DNA of 64,000 nt from an uncultured Rikenellaceae bacterium. GTDB lineage: Bacteria > Bacteroidota > Bacteroidia > Bacteroidales > VadinHA17. The translations under genes were made by a program, and so were the position numbers. The stretch is taken from assembly GCA_964472085.1 (NCBI GenBank), contig CAYYIW010000014.1, forward strand, positions 21,734 through 85,733. Direction: 5' to 3'. The notes beneath the pieces were generated by a model. The model searched no databases and was not told where the DNA came from. It worked only from the letters and a program-made list of their open reading frames with translations. The number at the start of each line of letters is the position of its first letter. Position 1 is the stretch's first letter. Below, in pieces: positions 1 through 9,434 of the stretch.

Positions 1-138
1 AAGTCAGTTGCAGTTAAACCCAGGATGAAGAACCTTCGTGGCAGCTATACCGATTATTTTAGCGGAAAGCAGGTTAAAGTACCACTGACCGATTCACTGA
101 GAATGGGTCCCTGGGGATATAAGGTATTGACACGATAG
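1..138 (+). CDS. 3' end of an ORF entering from upstream (partial; product not assignable)
   Basis: Frame 1 is open from base 1 to TAG at 136-138 (...SLRMGPWGYKVLTR*). Only 45 codons are visible. It lies just upstream of a GH13 gene, so it may be another glycan-utilisation protein, but that is a guess. Confidence 0.35.
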   Translation, partial: KSVAVKPRMKNLRGSYTDYFSGKQVKVPLTDSLRMGPWGYKVLTR

Positions 139-204
139 AATATACAGATAGTAGCGCGGATTACAAATCCGTACAAACAAACATAAGGTACAAGACAAAG
201 CATT

Positions 205-2121
205 ATGTTTATCAGACGGGCAACCTATTTGTTGCTATTGCTTTTAACAGGTTTCTCCGGACCCGGATGTAGTCAGCAGAAGAGTGATGCAACTCTTCCT
301 TCAGACAGTTCTCTTACTTCTGTGCCTGGCTGGGCTAAGAACGCCATATGGTACCAGATATTTGTTGAACGATTCAGGAATGGTGATCCCGGTAATGATC
401 CTGCCCCGGTGGATATGTATGGTTCATATCCTGAAAAATTGCCGGCAGGGTGGAAAACAACTCCATGGGGTCATGACTGGTATGCACATGAATCCTGGCT
501 CGACAGTGTGAATGCTGATGATTTTTCATCCAAGATACAGGCCCGGCGTTACGGAGGTGACCTCCAGGGGGTCCTTGATGAGATCGACTATATTGCTGAT
601 CTGGGAGTTAACGCCATATATTTCAACCCCCTGAATGATTCCCCATCTTTGCATAAATATGATGCCAGGAATTATGCTCATATCGACCGTAATTTTGGTC
701 CCGATCCGGTTATGGATGCTGAGATAATGAACCGTGAAGTACATGATGATCCTTCTACCTGGAAACGGACTTCGGCTGACAGCTTGTTCCTCAGGCTGGT
801 AAAGGAATTTCACAGCAGGGGGATAAAGGTAATAATGGACTATTCGTGGAATCATACCGGAAAGGTATTCTGGGCCATTGATGATATTCGCCGTAACGGT
901 AAAAAGTCAAAGTATACAGACTGGTATAATATCACCAGGTATGATGACCCTGCAACACCACAGGATGAATTGAGCTATAAAGGCTGGGGTGGAAACAATC
1001 CCTGGATGCCGGTGTTCAGGAAAGATATTATCCCTCCGGATGACAGTACAATGCCTTTCGAGGGTAACCTTCACTCTGAATCACTTAAGAAACATATTTT
1101 TGATGTAACCAGGAGATGGCTTGATCCTGACGGTGACGGTGATCCATCAGACGGTATCGATGGTTTCAGGCTGGATGTGGCAGGAGAAATACCCATGGGT
1201 TTCTGGCGTGAATACCGCAGGGTGGTAAGATCAGTTAATCCTGAAGCTTACCTTGCCGGCGAGATCTGGTGGCAGAAATGGCCTGATAAACTGATGGATC
1301 CTTCGGTGTATCTAAGAGGTGATCAGTTCGATGCTGTAATGAACTACAGGTGGTATCGTATTGCCAGGGGTCTTTTCGGACAGGCGGATCCGGTTCTCAC
1401 ACCTTCAGAATTCGTTAGTGCCATCGATAGGATAAACCACGACATCGATGCAGATAACCTGGAAGCCATGATGAATGTAGCATCGACTCATGATTCTCCG
1501 CGATTGTCTACGTCTTTGTATAACAAGACTTTATATAAATACAGGGCAAAACCGGGGGAAAACCCTGATTATAAGGTAAACAGACCTGATGATCTGACCA
1601 GGAAAGAACAGATAATGTTACTTGTGAACCAGTTCACATTCATAGGTGCCCCGCAGATATGGAACGGGGAGGAGTGCGGTATGTGGGGAGCTGATGATCC
1701 TGATTGCCGTAAACCTGTGGTCTGGTCTGATATTAAATATGATGATGAGAAAGCAAATTATGACGGATCGGAAAGAAAACCGGCTGATGAAGTAAGGCCT
1801 GATACGTCATTACTTAATTTCTACAGGAGAATGTGTACCCTGAGAAATGAAAATCCCGTTCTGGCTGATGGTAAACTTTCCTTCTTACTGGCGGATGACA
1901 GTGAAATGCTCCTGGCCTATAAAAGATATAACGAAAGGGATGAGATACTTGTATGTTTTAATTGTTCCGGCAAGCAGCAAAAGGTGAATTTTGCCAATCC
2001 GGACCATCAAAAATATACGGATATCTTTACAGGGAAGAATAAGTATTCACAACATTCTGATTCTCTCGAATTGACTCTTGAGCCCTGTACCGCGACAATA
2101 CTGAAAAGAACCGGCAATTGA
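205..2121 (+). CDS. GH13-family alpha-amylase / neopullulanase-like glycoside hydrolase, probable lipoprotein
   Basis: 638-aa ORF with a lipoprotein-type signal (LLLLLTGFSGPGC). GH13 conserved regions are visible: GVNAIYFNP, DGFRLDVAGE (nucleophile Asp), AYLAGEIWW (acid/base Glu) and VASTHDSPR. Confidence 0.9.
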   Translation: MFIRRATYLLLLLLTGFSGPGCSQQKSDATLPSDSSLTSVPGWAKNAIWYQIFVERFRNGDPGNDPAPVDMYGSYPEKLPAGWKTTPWGHDWYAHESWLDSVNADDFSSKIQARRYGGDLQGVLDEIDYIADLGVNAIYFNPLNDSPSLHKYDARNYAHIDRNFGPDPVMDAEIMNREVHDDPSTWKRTSADSLFLRLVKEFHSRGIKVIMDYSWNHTGKVFWAIDDIRRNGKKSKYTDWYNITRYDDPATPQDELSYKGWGGNNPWMPVFRKDIIPPDDSTMPFEGNLHSESLKKHIFDVTRRWLDPDGDGDPSDGIDGFRLDVAGEIPMGFWREYRRVVRSVNPEAYLAGEIWWQKWPDKLMDPSVYLRGDQFDAVMNYRWYRIARGLFGQADPVLTPSEFVSAIDRINHDIDADNLEAMMNVASTHDSPRLSTSLYNKTLYKYRAKPGENPDYKVNRPDDLTRKEQIMLLVNQFTFIGAPQIWNGEECGMWGADDPDCRKPVVWSDIKYDDEKANYDGSERKPADEVRPDTSLLNFYRRMCTLRNENPVLADGKLSFLLADDSEMLLAYKRYNERDEILVCFNCSGKQQKVNFANPDHQKYTDIFTGKNKYSQHSDSLELTLEPCTATILKRTGN

Positions 2122-2253
2122 TCCTCCGGTTAATGACTGGATGCTGTTGATTAATTATGTCTTTTATCATAATTGAAGATCAAAAAAAGGCTTATTTTTG
2201 ACATGTTCACGATTGAGTGAGTATTGACTGATAACATTAAAAACCATCACAGT

Positions 2254-2628
2254 ATGAATGTTCCTGAAGATTTATTTTACACAAAAGACCATGAATGGCT
2301 TCGCGTGGAAGGCGACATGGGTTATGTGGGTGTTACTGACTTTGCCCAGGGGGAACTTGGCGATATAGTATTTATTGAGATTGAAACAGTGGGCGAAACC
2401 CTTGGTAAAGAAGAAGTGCTTGGTACTATTGAAGCAGTTAAGACAGTTTCTGACATGTTCATGCCTGTAGGAGGAGAGGTAGTTGAAGTCAATCCTGCTC
2501 TTGCCGAAACACCCGATATTGTCAATAAGGACCCTTACGGTAAAGGCTGGATGGTGAAAATAAAAATTACCAATCCCGATGAGATTAAGGAACTTCTTTC
2601 ACCTGGCAAGTATAAGGCATTGCTTTAA
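2254..2628 (+). CDS. gcvH: Glycine cleavage system H protein
   Basis: Shows HEWLRVEG...GVTDFAQ and the lipoyl-lysine motif EAVKTVSD. The track ORF starts at TTG 2224; the ATG at 2254 (MNVPEDLFY) gives the usual ~124 aa. Confidence 0.92.
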   Translation: MNVPEDLFYTKDHEWLRVEGDMGYVGVTDFAQGELGDIVFIEIETVGETLGKEEVLGTIEAVKTVSDMFMPVGGEVVEVNPALAETPDIVNKDPYGKGWMVKIKITNPDEIKELLSPGKYKALL

Positions 2629-2661
2629 AAGATTTTAGCAGACTCTTTGCTGAGAATGGTC

Positions 2662-5600
2662 TCAGAGAGTTTTCTTGACTTCAAACTCCTGGTATCCTTC
2701 AATCACGTCTCCAACTTTGATGTCGTTGAAATTGTGGATGTTGAGTCCACATTCATATCCTGATGTAACTTCCTTGACATCATCTTTGAATCGTTTGAGA
2801 GATCCCAGTTCTCCTGTATAGATGACAATACCATCGCGTATTATCCTTACTTTGGTATTGCGGGTTATCTTACCCTCTTTGACATAGCAGCCTGCTACTG
2901 TTCCGACTTTGGTAACCTTGAATATGTCACGTATGTCAAGAGTGGCAACGATCTCCTCTTTAAGCTCAGGAGACAACATACCTTCCATGGCTGATCTTAT
3001 CTCCTCGATAGCATTATAGATAATCGAATAGAGTCTTACGTCAATTTCCTCTTTCTCGGCCAGTCTTCGGGCGCTAAGTGACGGACGTACCTGGAATCCG
3101 ACTATAATGGCATTCGATGCAGCGGCAAGAAGTATATCCGATTCAGATATCTGTCCGACTGCCTTATGGATAATATTAAGCTGTATTTCAGGTGTTGACA
3201 GTTTAATGAGAGAATCGCTGAGCGCTTCAACAGAACCATCAACGTCACCTTTGACAATTATATTGAGTTCCTGGAAGTTGCCAATAGCAATCCTTCTTCC
3301 AATCTCGTCAAGTGTAATATGCTTCTGAGTACGGAGACCCTGTTCTCTCTGTAGCTGTGCTCTTTTTGTGGCAATATCCTTGGCTTCCCTGTCACTCTCC
3401 ATCACGTTGAACTTATCACCTGCCTGTGGTGCACCATTGAGACCAAGTATTAGAGCAGGAGTTGCAGGGCCCACTTCCTTGACCTTATTCCCCCTTTCAT
3501 TATACATTGCTTTAACATGGCCGTAACAGCTTCCTGCGAGCATTATATCACCCACCCTCAGGGTTCCGGCTTTTACAAGCATCGTTGCTGTAAATCCTCT
3601 TCCCTTATCGAGAGAAGACTCTATAACAGTTCCAATGGCGGGTTTCTCAGGATTTGCCTTCAGGTCAAGCATTTCGGCTTCAAGAAGTATCTTATCAAGG
3701 AGTATGTCCATATTTAGACCTGTTTTGGCCGAAATCTCCTGCGACTGATACTTCCCACCCCAGTCTTCCACAAGATAATTCATCGCTGCCAGGGCTTCTT
3801 TGATCTTGTCCGGATTGGCTGTTGGCTTATCAATTTTATTTATTGCAAATATTATTGGTACACCGGCTGCAGACGCATGGTTAATAGCTTCCTTTGTCTG
3901 TGGCATCACTCCGTCGTCAGCTGCCACAACGATAATTGCAATGTCTGTTATCTGGGCACCTCGTGCACGCATAGCTGTAAATGCCTCATGGCCAGGAGTA
4001 TCGAGGAAAGTTATCTTGCGCCCGTCAGGGAGTACGACAGCATAGGCACCTATGTGCTGGGTAATACCACCGGCTTCACCGGCAATGACATTGGTATTTC
4101 GTATATAATCGAGCAATTTGGTTTTACCATGATCAACATGACCCATTACAGTAACAATAGGAGGTCTTGGTTGAAGATCTTCCTCCAGGTCTTCCTCTTC
4201 CTTAACGGCTTCCTGGAGTTCCGCACTTACAAATTCCATCCTGTATCCGAATTCATCAGCCAGTAACGACATTGTCTCAGCATCCAGACGCTGATTAATA
4301 GACACGAACAGGCCAAGGCTCATACATGTGGAAATGATATCTGTGACAGGTATGTTCATCATGGTAGCCAGTTCGTTGACCGATACGAACTCCGTAACCT
4401 TGAGAATATTCTTATCCTGTTCAAGCCTGTCAGCTTCCTCCTGGTTTTTCAGGTTGATAGCCTCTCTCTTTTCCCTTCTGTACCTCGAGCCTTTAGATTT
4501 CCCTTTTGTGGTAAGTCTTGCAAGGGTTTCCTTTATCTGTTTCTGTACTTCTTCTTCATCTACCTCAGTCCTTAAAGGTCGTTTTCTGGAAGTCTTTCTT
4601 CCTCCGGGTTTATCCTTTTTGTCGGTTGTCACAGGCTTAGCCCGCGAGACCTCGTCCCTTTCCTTGGTAATCCTTTTCCTTTTTTTCTTCCTCTTGAATT
4701 CCTGGTCAGCATTTACACGTACAGGTTGAGATGACTGTGATTTTTTCTTCTCTTCAGCCGGAAGATCAATCTTGCCCACAACTCGGGGACCGGAAAGTCT
4801 TTTAAAGTCTGTTTTATAAACGGAAACATTATTTTCATCCGTCTCGTCAGGGGTAATTTCCCCGGATTCTCTTTTTGCCGGTTTCTTTTCTTCTATATGG
4901 CCGGCTTTTTTTTCAGCAGCAGCTTCTTCAGTCTTTCCTTCAACCTGCTTCTCCTCTTTCCCGGCTTTGAGGGTATCTGTCTTATCTTTTTCAGCAGGCT
5001 GAGTCTTTGCTTTTTTTGCCTCTCCCTTTTTCTCACTGCCTTTCTGTGCTTCTTTTTCCTTGGCGTCGAGATCGATCTTACCAACAATATGAATGTCTAT
5101 GTTGGATTTGGATTTTTCAGCTTCCGATTCAGGAGCTGCTGATTCTGGTTCCTTATCACCGGTAGCTTTCTTGTCTTCTTTCTTTTCAGTTTCTTTCGGG
5201 GGGGCAGCCTTTTTCTTTTCGGGCTCTTCACTAACAGGAGCAGGCTTCTCAGGACTTGCCTTACCTGACTTTTCCAGGTCAATCTTTCCAACGAGCTTGA
5301 TGTCCGGTTTCTTAATCTCGGTTTTGATGTCAACAGTATTGGTGTACCCGGTAGTGTCCTTAACCAGTACATTTTCATCTTTCTCCAAATCCTCCGGCTC
5401 ATTCTTTTCCGAGATATCATCAATTGAAACGGTTTCCTTTTTTTTATGAAGGTCTTTAAGAATAAGTTTCTCAGATTCTTTCTTGACGCTGATATCTGTG
5501 CTATACTCTTTTACAAGAAGAATATAAGCTTCAGGAGGAAGCTTGGTATTTGGGTTTGGATCAAGATCGAACCCTTTCTTGTGAAGAAAGTCCACAATAG

Positions 5601-5667
5601 TGGATATTCCCACATTAAACTCGCGGGCTGCCTTACTTAATCTTGTAACCTTAATATCCTCTGTCAT
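2662..5667 (-). CDS. infB: Translation initiation factor IF-2
   Basis: 1001 aa with G-domain motifs [16 protein letters not shown] and NKIDK. It has a long Lys/Glu-rich N-terminal region and sits downstream of nusA. Confidence 0.97.
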   Translation of the reverse strand: MTEDIKVTRLSKAAREFNVGISTIVDFLHKKGFDLDPNPNTKLPPEAYILLVKEYSTDISVKKESEKLILKDLHKKKETVSIDDISEKNEPEDLEKDENVLVKDTTGYTNTVDIKTEIKKPDIKLVGKIDLEKSGKASPEKPAPVSEEPEKKKAAPPKETEKKEDKKATGDKEPESAAPESEAEKSKSNIDIHIVGKIDLDAKEKEAQKGSEKKGEAKKAKTQPAEKDKTDTLKAGKEEKQVEGKTEEAAAEKKAGHIEEKKPAKRESGEITPDETDENNVSVYKTDFKRLSGPRVVGKIDLPAEEKKKSQSSQPVRVNADQEFKRKKKRKRITKERDEVSRAKPVTTDKKDKPGGRKTSRKRPLRTEVDEEEVQKQIKETLARLTTKGKSKGSRYRREKREAINLKNQEEADRLEQDKNILKVTEFVSVNELATMMNIPVTDIISTCMSLGLFVSINQRLDAETMSLLADEFGYRMEFVSAELQEAVKEEEDLEEDLQPRPPIVTVMGHVDHGKTKLLDYIRNTNVIAGEAGGITQHIGAYAVVLPDGRKITFLDTPGHEAFTAMRARGAQITDIAIIVVAADDGVMPQTKEAINHASAAGVPIIFAINKIDKPTANPDKIKEALAAMNYLVEDWGGKYQSQEISAKTGLNMDILLDKILLEAEMLDLKANPEKPAIGTVIESSLDKGRGFTATMLVKAGTLRVGDIMLAGSCYGHVKAMYNERGNKVKEVGPATPALILGLNGAPQAGDKFNVMESDREAKDIATKRAQLQREQGLRTQKHITLDEIGRRIAIGNFQELNIIVKGDVDGSVEALSDSLIKLSTPEIQLNIIHKAVGQISESDILLAAASNAIIVGFQVRPSLSARRLAEKEEIDVRLYSIIYNAIEEIRSAMEGMLSPELKEEIVATLDIRDIFKVTKVGTVAGCYVKEGKITRNTKVRIIRDGIVIYTGELGSLKRFKDDVKEVTSGYECGLNIHNFNDIKVGDVIEGYQEFEVKKTL

Positions 5668-5731
5668 AAATATGCTTTCCCTTAATTAAATTCTTAATGC
5701 TGGTCCCAGGGATGGATTATATCACCTTTTT

Positions 5732-6970
5732 TTACTCAAATTCAGCTTTCAGTATGTTGACAACTTCTCTTACTGTCTCCTCTTCAAGGTCAGTTCTCTT
5801 TACCAGGTCACTTATTGAGAGGTTAAGCACACTCCTTGCTGTGTCGCAGCCTATAGCTTTCAGCTCATCAATGATCCATCCGTCAATCTCATCGCTGAAT
5901 TCTTCCAGGTTAACATCTTCTTCATCTTCACCTCCCGGTTCCCTGTAAACGTCTATATCATAGCCTGTAAGCTGGCTTGCCAGCTTTATATTAAGTCCTC
6001 CCTTGCCGATAGCAAGTGATACTTCATTGGGTTTCAGATAGATCTCTGCCCTCATCTCTTCATCATCGAGTTTGATCGATGTTATTTTGGCCGGGCTCAG
6101 GGCTCTCTGTATAAACAACTGGTTATTTGATGTGTAATTTATTACATCTATGTTTTCATTCCTGAGCTCTCTTACAATACCATGTATCCTCGATCCTTTC
6201 ATCCCCACACATGCACCAACCGGATCGATCCTTTCATCATACGATTCAACGGCAACTTTAGCCCTTTCCCCCGGCACTCTGACGATCTTCTTAATGGTGA
6301 TAAGACCATCGAATATCTCAGGTACTTCAAGCTCGAACAGCCTTTCAAGGAAAACAGGCGAAGTACGGCTAAGGATGATGAATGGTGTGTTGTTCCTCAT
6401 CTCTACCTTTATAACGACCGCCCGCACAGAGTCGCCCTTGCGGAAGTGATCTGAAGGTATCTGTTCCCCCTTTGGCAATATAAGCTCGTTACCATCATCA
6501 TCAAGAACAAGGATCTCTCTCTTCCATACCTGGTAAACTTCACCAGTCACGATCTCACCTATCCTGTCCTTGTATTTGATATAAATATTATTCTTCTCAA
6601 GATCAAGTATCCTTGCGGTTAGATTTTGCCTAAGTGATAATATTGCTCTTCTTCCGAAATCAAGAAACTTAACCTCATCAGAGACTTCTTCCCCGACTTC
6701 ATAGTCTGCATCAATCTCTTTTGCCTTTGAAAGAGGTATCTGTATAACATCATCTTCGAAATCGGCATCATCCACCACAACCCTGTTTCTCCATATTTCG
6801 AAGTCCCCTTTGTCAATATTGACAATAATGTCAAAATTATCAGCCGATCCGTACTTCTTTGCAAGCATGCTTCTGAACACATCTTCCAGAACACTCATCA
6901 TAGTAGGCCTGTCAATATTCTTCAGCTCTTTAAACTCCGAAAAAGTGTCGATCAAATTAACATTTTCCAT
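5732..6970 (-). CDS. nusA: Transcription termination/antitermination factor NusA
   Basis: 412 aa with an S1-like segment (GEIVTGEVYQV) and a KH region (RAKVAVESYDERIDPVGACVGMKGSRI). It lies in the conserved rimP-nusA-infB order. Confidence 0.96.
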   Translation of the reverse strand: MENVNLIDTFSEFKELKNIDRPTMMSVLEDVFRSMLAKKYGSADNFDIIVNIDKGDFEIWRNRVVVDDADFEDDVIQIPLSKAKEIDADYEVGEEVSDEVKFLDFGRRAILSLRQNLTARILDLEKNNIYIKYKDRIGEIVTGEVYQVWKREILVLDDDGNELILPKGEQIPSDHFRKGDSVRAVVIKVEMRNNTPFIILSRTSPVFLERLFELEVPEIFDGLITIKKIVRVPGERAKVAVESYDERIDPVGACVGMKGSRIHGIVRELRNENIDVINYTSNNQLFIQRALSPAKITSIKLDDEEMRAEIYLKPNEVSLAIGKGGLNIKLASQLTGYDIDVYREPGGEDEEDVNLEEFSDEIDGWIIDELKAIGCDTARSVLNLSISDLVKRTDLEEETVREVVNILKAEFE

Positions 6971-6990
6971 CTGGTGTAAACCTCTTAAAA

Positions 6991-7443
6991 TTATTTAATT
7001 GTTATAACTATCCTGGTTGATTTAACATCCTCAAAATTAAAAGAAATATCTTTTATTTCTTTTGGTTTGCCTTTTGCTCTTATCTCCGTTGAAAGCTCAA
7101 ACCCTCCGTCTGTCACATTTTTTAATGTACCTTCAAACTTACTGCCCTCATGATCAGTTACTTCTACTTTCCTGCCCTCGTTCTTATAGTACTGTTCAAT
7201 AACCAGGAAAGGTGTATCAAGACCCGGTGATGATACCTGCAGTTCGAAATCCTCCCTGTCGCGGCCGAGGCTCATTTCCATCTGGCGATGCAGCGCGGCG
7301 CATTCGTCTATGGTAATTCCTTCATTTCTGTCAACCATGACTTTTATTCGTCCTGAACTGCTAACTTTAACAGATACCAGAAATAAGCCGGTTCCGTCAA
7401 TGAACCCCTCCACCATTTCTTCTATCTCCTTCTGCCCTGCCAT
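6991..7443 (-). CDS. rimP: Ribosome maturation factor RimP
   Basis: 150 aa with the VSSPGLD motif, immediately upstream of nusA on the same strand. Confidence 0.88.
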   Translation of the reverse strand: MAGQKEIEEMVEGFIDGTGLFLVSVKVSSSGRIKVMVDRNEGITIDECAALHRQMEMSLGRDREDFELQVSSPGLDTPFLVIEQYYKNEGRKVEVTDHEGSKFEGTLKNVTDGGFELSTEIRAKGKPKEIKDISFNFEDVKSTRIVITIK

Positions 7444-7451
7444 ATTATAAA

Positions 7452-7485
7452 AACTTATAATAAAATAGGGGACTATGGTCCCCTA
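7452..7485 (-). promoter_or_regulatory. Terminator-like hairpin in the rimP-nusA-infB leader (candidate attenuator)
   Basis: On the transcribed strand the sequence is TAGGGGAC-cata-GTCCCCTA (7485..7466) followed by TTTTATTATAAGTTTTT. It ends 22 nt before the rimP ATG. No upstream co-directional gene exists for it to terminate. Confidence 0.4.
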
Positions 7486-7512
7486 GGTATCAAACACCCC
7501 TCAATTCTGTGG

Positions 7513-7520
7513 CAAAGGTA
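7513..7520 (-). promoter_or_regulatory. Candidate Bacteroidota -7 box (TACCTTTG) for rimP operon
   Basis: The minus strand reads TACCTTTG, matching TAnnTTTG. A second match, TAATTTTG, lies at 7540..7547. Motif match only. Confidence 0.25.
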
Positions 7521-7664
7521 ATTATTATTATTTAAAAGCCAAAATTATTGAAATTAATATTACTATTTCAGGCTTGTGGCTCAAAGATGTAGCGGTATTT
7601 TGCGTAAAGATTCAGATATTTGCAGGCACATATATTTATTTTTTTAATACATGTTTTTTGGTTT

Positions 7665-8612
7665 ATGCCGTTACGTGACAAATCAATATACAGAGGGAAT
7701 GACAGGCTGTTGCTTGAAAACTGCACCCTTTGCCCACGGGAATGCGGGATCGACAGGTTTGAAGGAGGGTCGGGATATTGCGGGACAGATGGCGGATTCA
7801 ATATAGCATCAGTATGTGTTCACAGGGGAGAGGAACCGGTTATCAGCGGAAGTAATGGTATCTGTAACATATTCTTCCGGGGCTGCAATCTGCGTTGCAT
7901 CTATTGCCAGAACCATGAGATAAGCAGGGTAACTTTTGATGACAGGAGGGAACCGGATCTGGCAGTCATAATAGAACAGGTAACTGAAATACTCGAACAG
8001 GGTGTTACAGCAGTGGGTTTTGTATCACCATCGCACGTTGTCCCCCAGGTGAAAGTGATTATTGAAGCTCTGCATACTAAAGGATATGATCCTGTTATTG
8101 TTTATAATACAAATAGTTATGATAAGGTGGATACTATTGGAAGCCTTGAGGGGATGATTGATGTGTACCTGCCCGACATTAAATATGTTACGCCGCACAT
8201 TTCTGCTGAATATTCGGATGCATCAGATTATCCGGCTGTAGCCCTTAAAGCGGTAAAGGAAATGTATTATCAGAAAGGATCTACTCTCAGGACTGATGAC
8301 CGGGGAAGGGCGGAAAGCGGTCTTTTGATACGTCACCTTGTACTTCCCGGGCACTCTGAGGAAAGCAAGCTTGTTTTGAAGACAATTGCCGAAGAAATAT
8401 CGACAGGAGTGACGATTTCATTAATGTCACAATATCATCCAACGCCGCAGGTGATCAATCATTCAACCCTGGGCAGATCACTCTGCAGGGAAGAATATGA
8501 ATCTGTCGTTGAAACAATGGAGGACCTGGGTTTCAGGAACGGATGGACCCAGGATATGGACAGCTACCTTAATTACAGGCCCGATTTCAGCAGGGATCAT
8601 CCGTTTGAATAG
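7665..8612 (+). CDS. Radical SAM protein, PflX-like (pyruvate formate-lyase activase homologue family)
   Basis: Carries the CX3CX2C motif CNLRCIYCQN plus an N-terminal Cys cluster, CTLCPRECGIDR...GYCG. The track ORF starts at TTG 7620 with an implausible hydrophobic extension. The in-frame ATG at 7665 (MPLRDKSIY) is preferred. Confidence 0.82.
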   Translation: MPLRDKSIYRGNDRLLLENCTLCPRECGIDRFEGGSGYCGTDGGFNIASVCVHRGEEPVISGSNGICNIFFRGCNLRCIYCQNHEISRVTFDDRREPDLAVIIEQVTEILEQGVTAVGFVSPSHVVPQVKVIIEALHTKGYDPVIVYNTNSYDKVDTIGSLEGMIDVYLPDIKYVTPHISAEYSDASDYPAVALKAVKEMYYQKGSTLRTDDRGRAESGLLIRHLVLPGHSEESKLVLKTIAEEISTGVTISLMSQYHPTPQVINHSTLGRSLCREEYESVVETMEDLGFRNGWTQDMDSYLNYRPDFSRDHPFE

Positions 8613-8717
8613 CCTGGTGAATAGCTTATAAAGGGAACTTTTGATTATCAGAAGTCTACAGAACCCCCTTTAGGGCCAGGGGATGGGCCCAGGGCTTTTG
8701 AAGCGCATACTGCTTTA

Positions 8718-9434
8718 TCACATGAATTTTTCCCTTTTCTGAAGGTTGAACAGTGCAACAAGGAGAAACACGACTGACCCGGTGATCAGTATGATTCTGT
8801 TCTTAAGGGTTATTATTGCCCATGTTGTTTCATTGACATCATATGGTGGTTCATAAGGATTCAGGAATACATTCCACTGGCTCTTTTCCAGGGCATCGCT
8901 GAGAATAAGAAAGAACAAACCGAATATTATCATAACAACAGCAGTCCCGTTTCCGTTTCTTATGACTGTTGAAAGCATGAATGCCATCATACCCAGGAAA
9001 ATCACAGGCACCATGACCTGCGCTGCCACTTTTACAAACCGGAACTTAACAATGAGCACAGATGAAACGAAGGTGAAAGCGATCATTATGAGGAAAGCGA
9101 TTGTAAAAATCAGTATGATCCTGACCAGCCACACTTTGTATCTGTAGTTTGGGATGCCGAACAATATTTCAATTGTCCTTGCATCCTGATCATTCTGAAT
9201 ACCAAAAACAGACGGATAAAACACAAGGAGAAGCCCTGAAAACAGGAATACACCATAGAGGTCATTAACTCTTGAAATGTCCGTTGAAAAGACGTAAATA
9301 ACCGACAATCCCAGGTAAAAGGCCACCGAACCTGCAAGGAACCAGATGAAACGGTTTGCAAAAATGATCCTCAGGTTGTAAATGATCATCCTGTATATCA
9401 GGTTAATGGTATTAAGTAGTCCGTTTGTCTTCAT
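8718..9434 (-). CDS. ABC-2-type transporter permease (multi-TM, 238 aa)
   Basis: About six hydrophobic segments and no soluble domain. Its start overlaps the end of the preceding NBD-containing ORF by 23 nt, which suggests translational coupling. Confidence 0.7.
   Translation of the reverse strand: MKTNGLLNTINLIYRMIIYNLRIIFANRFIWFLAGSVAFYLGLSVIYVFSTDISRVNDLYGVFLFSGLLLVFYPSVFGIQNDQDARTIEILFGIPNYRYKVWLVRIILIFTIAFLIMIAFTFVSSVLIVKFRFVKVAAQVMVPVIFLGMMAFMLSTVIRNGNGTAVVMIIFGLFFLILSDALEKSQWNVFLNPYEPPYDVNETTWAIITLKNRIILITGSVVFLLVALFNLQKREKFM

Noticed and set aside
4328-5449. Several long antisense or alternative-frame ORFs inside infB (for example 4328..4729, 4893..5087, 5093..5449, 5097..5423)
   Set aside because: They lie in the Lys/Glu-rich low-complexity part of IF-2, where purine/pyrimidine-skewed repeats keep other frames open. 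Their translations are Ser/Phe/Leu or Lys/Arg junk with no motifs.
7568-7801. 77-aa minus-strand ORF, and the TTG-7620 N-terminal extension of the radical SAM ORF
   Set aside because: The extension (MQAHIFIFLIHVFWF) is promoter-region AT-rich sequence. The ATG at 7665 gives a normal N-terminus. The antisense ORF overlaps the conserved Cys-cluster coding region.
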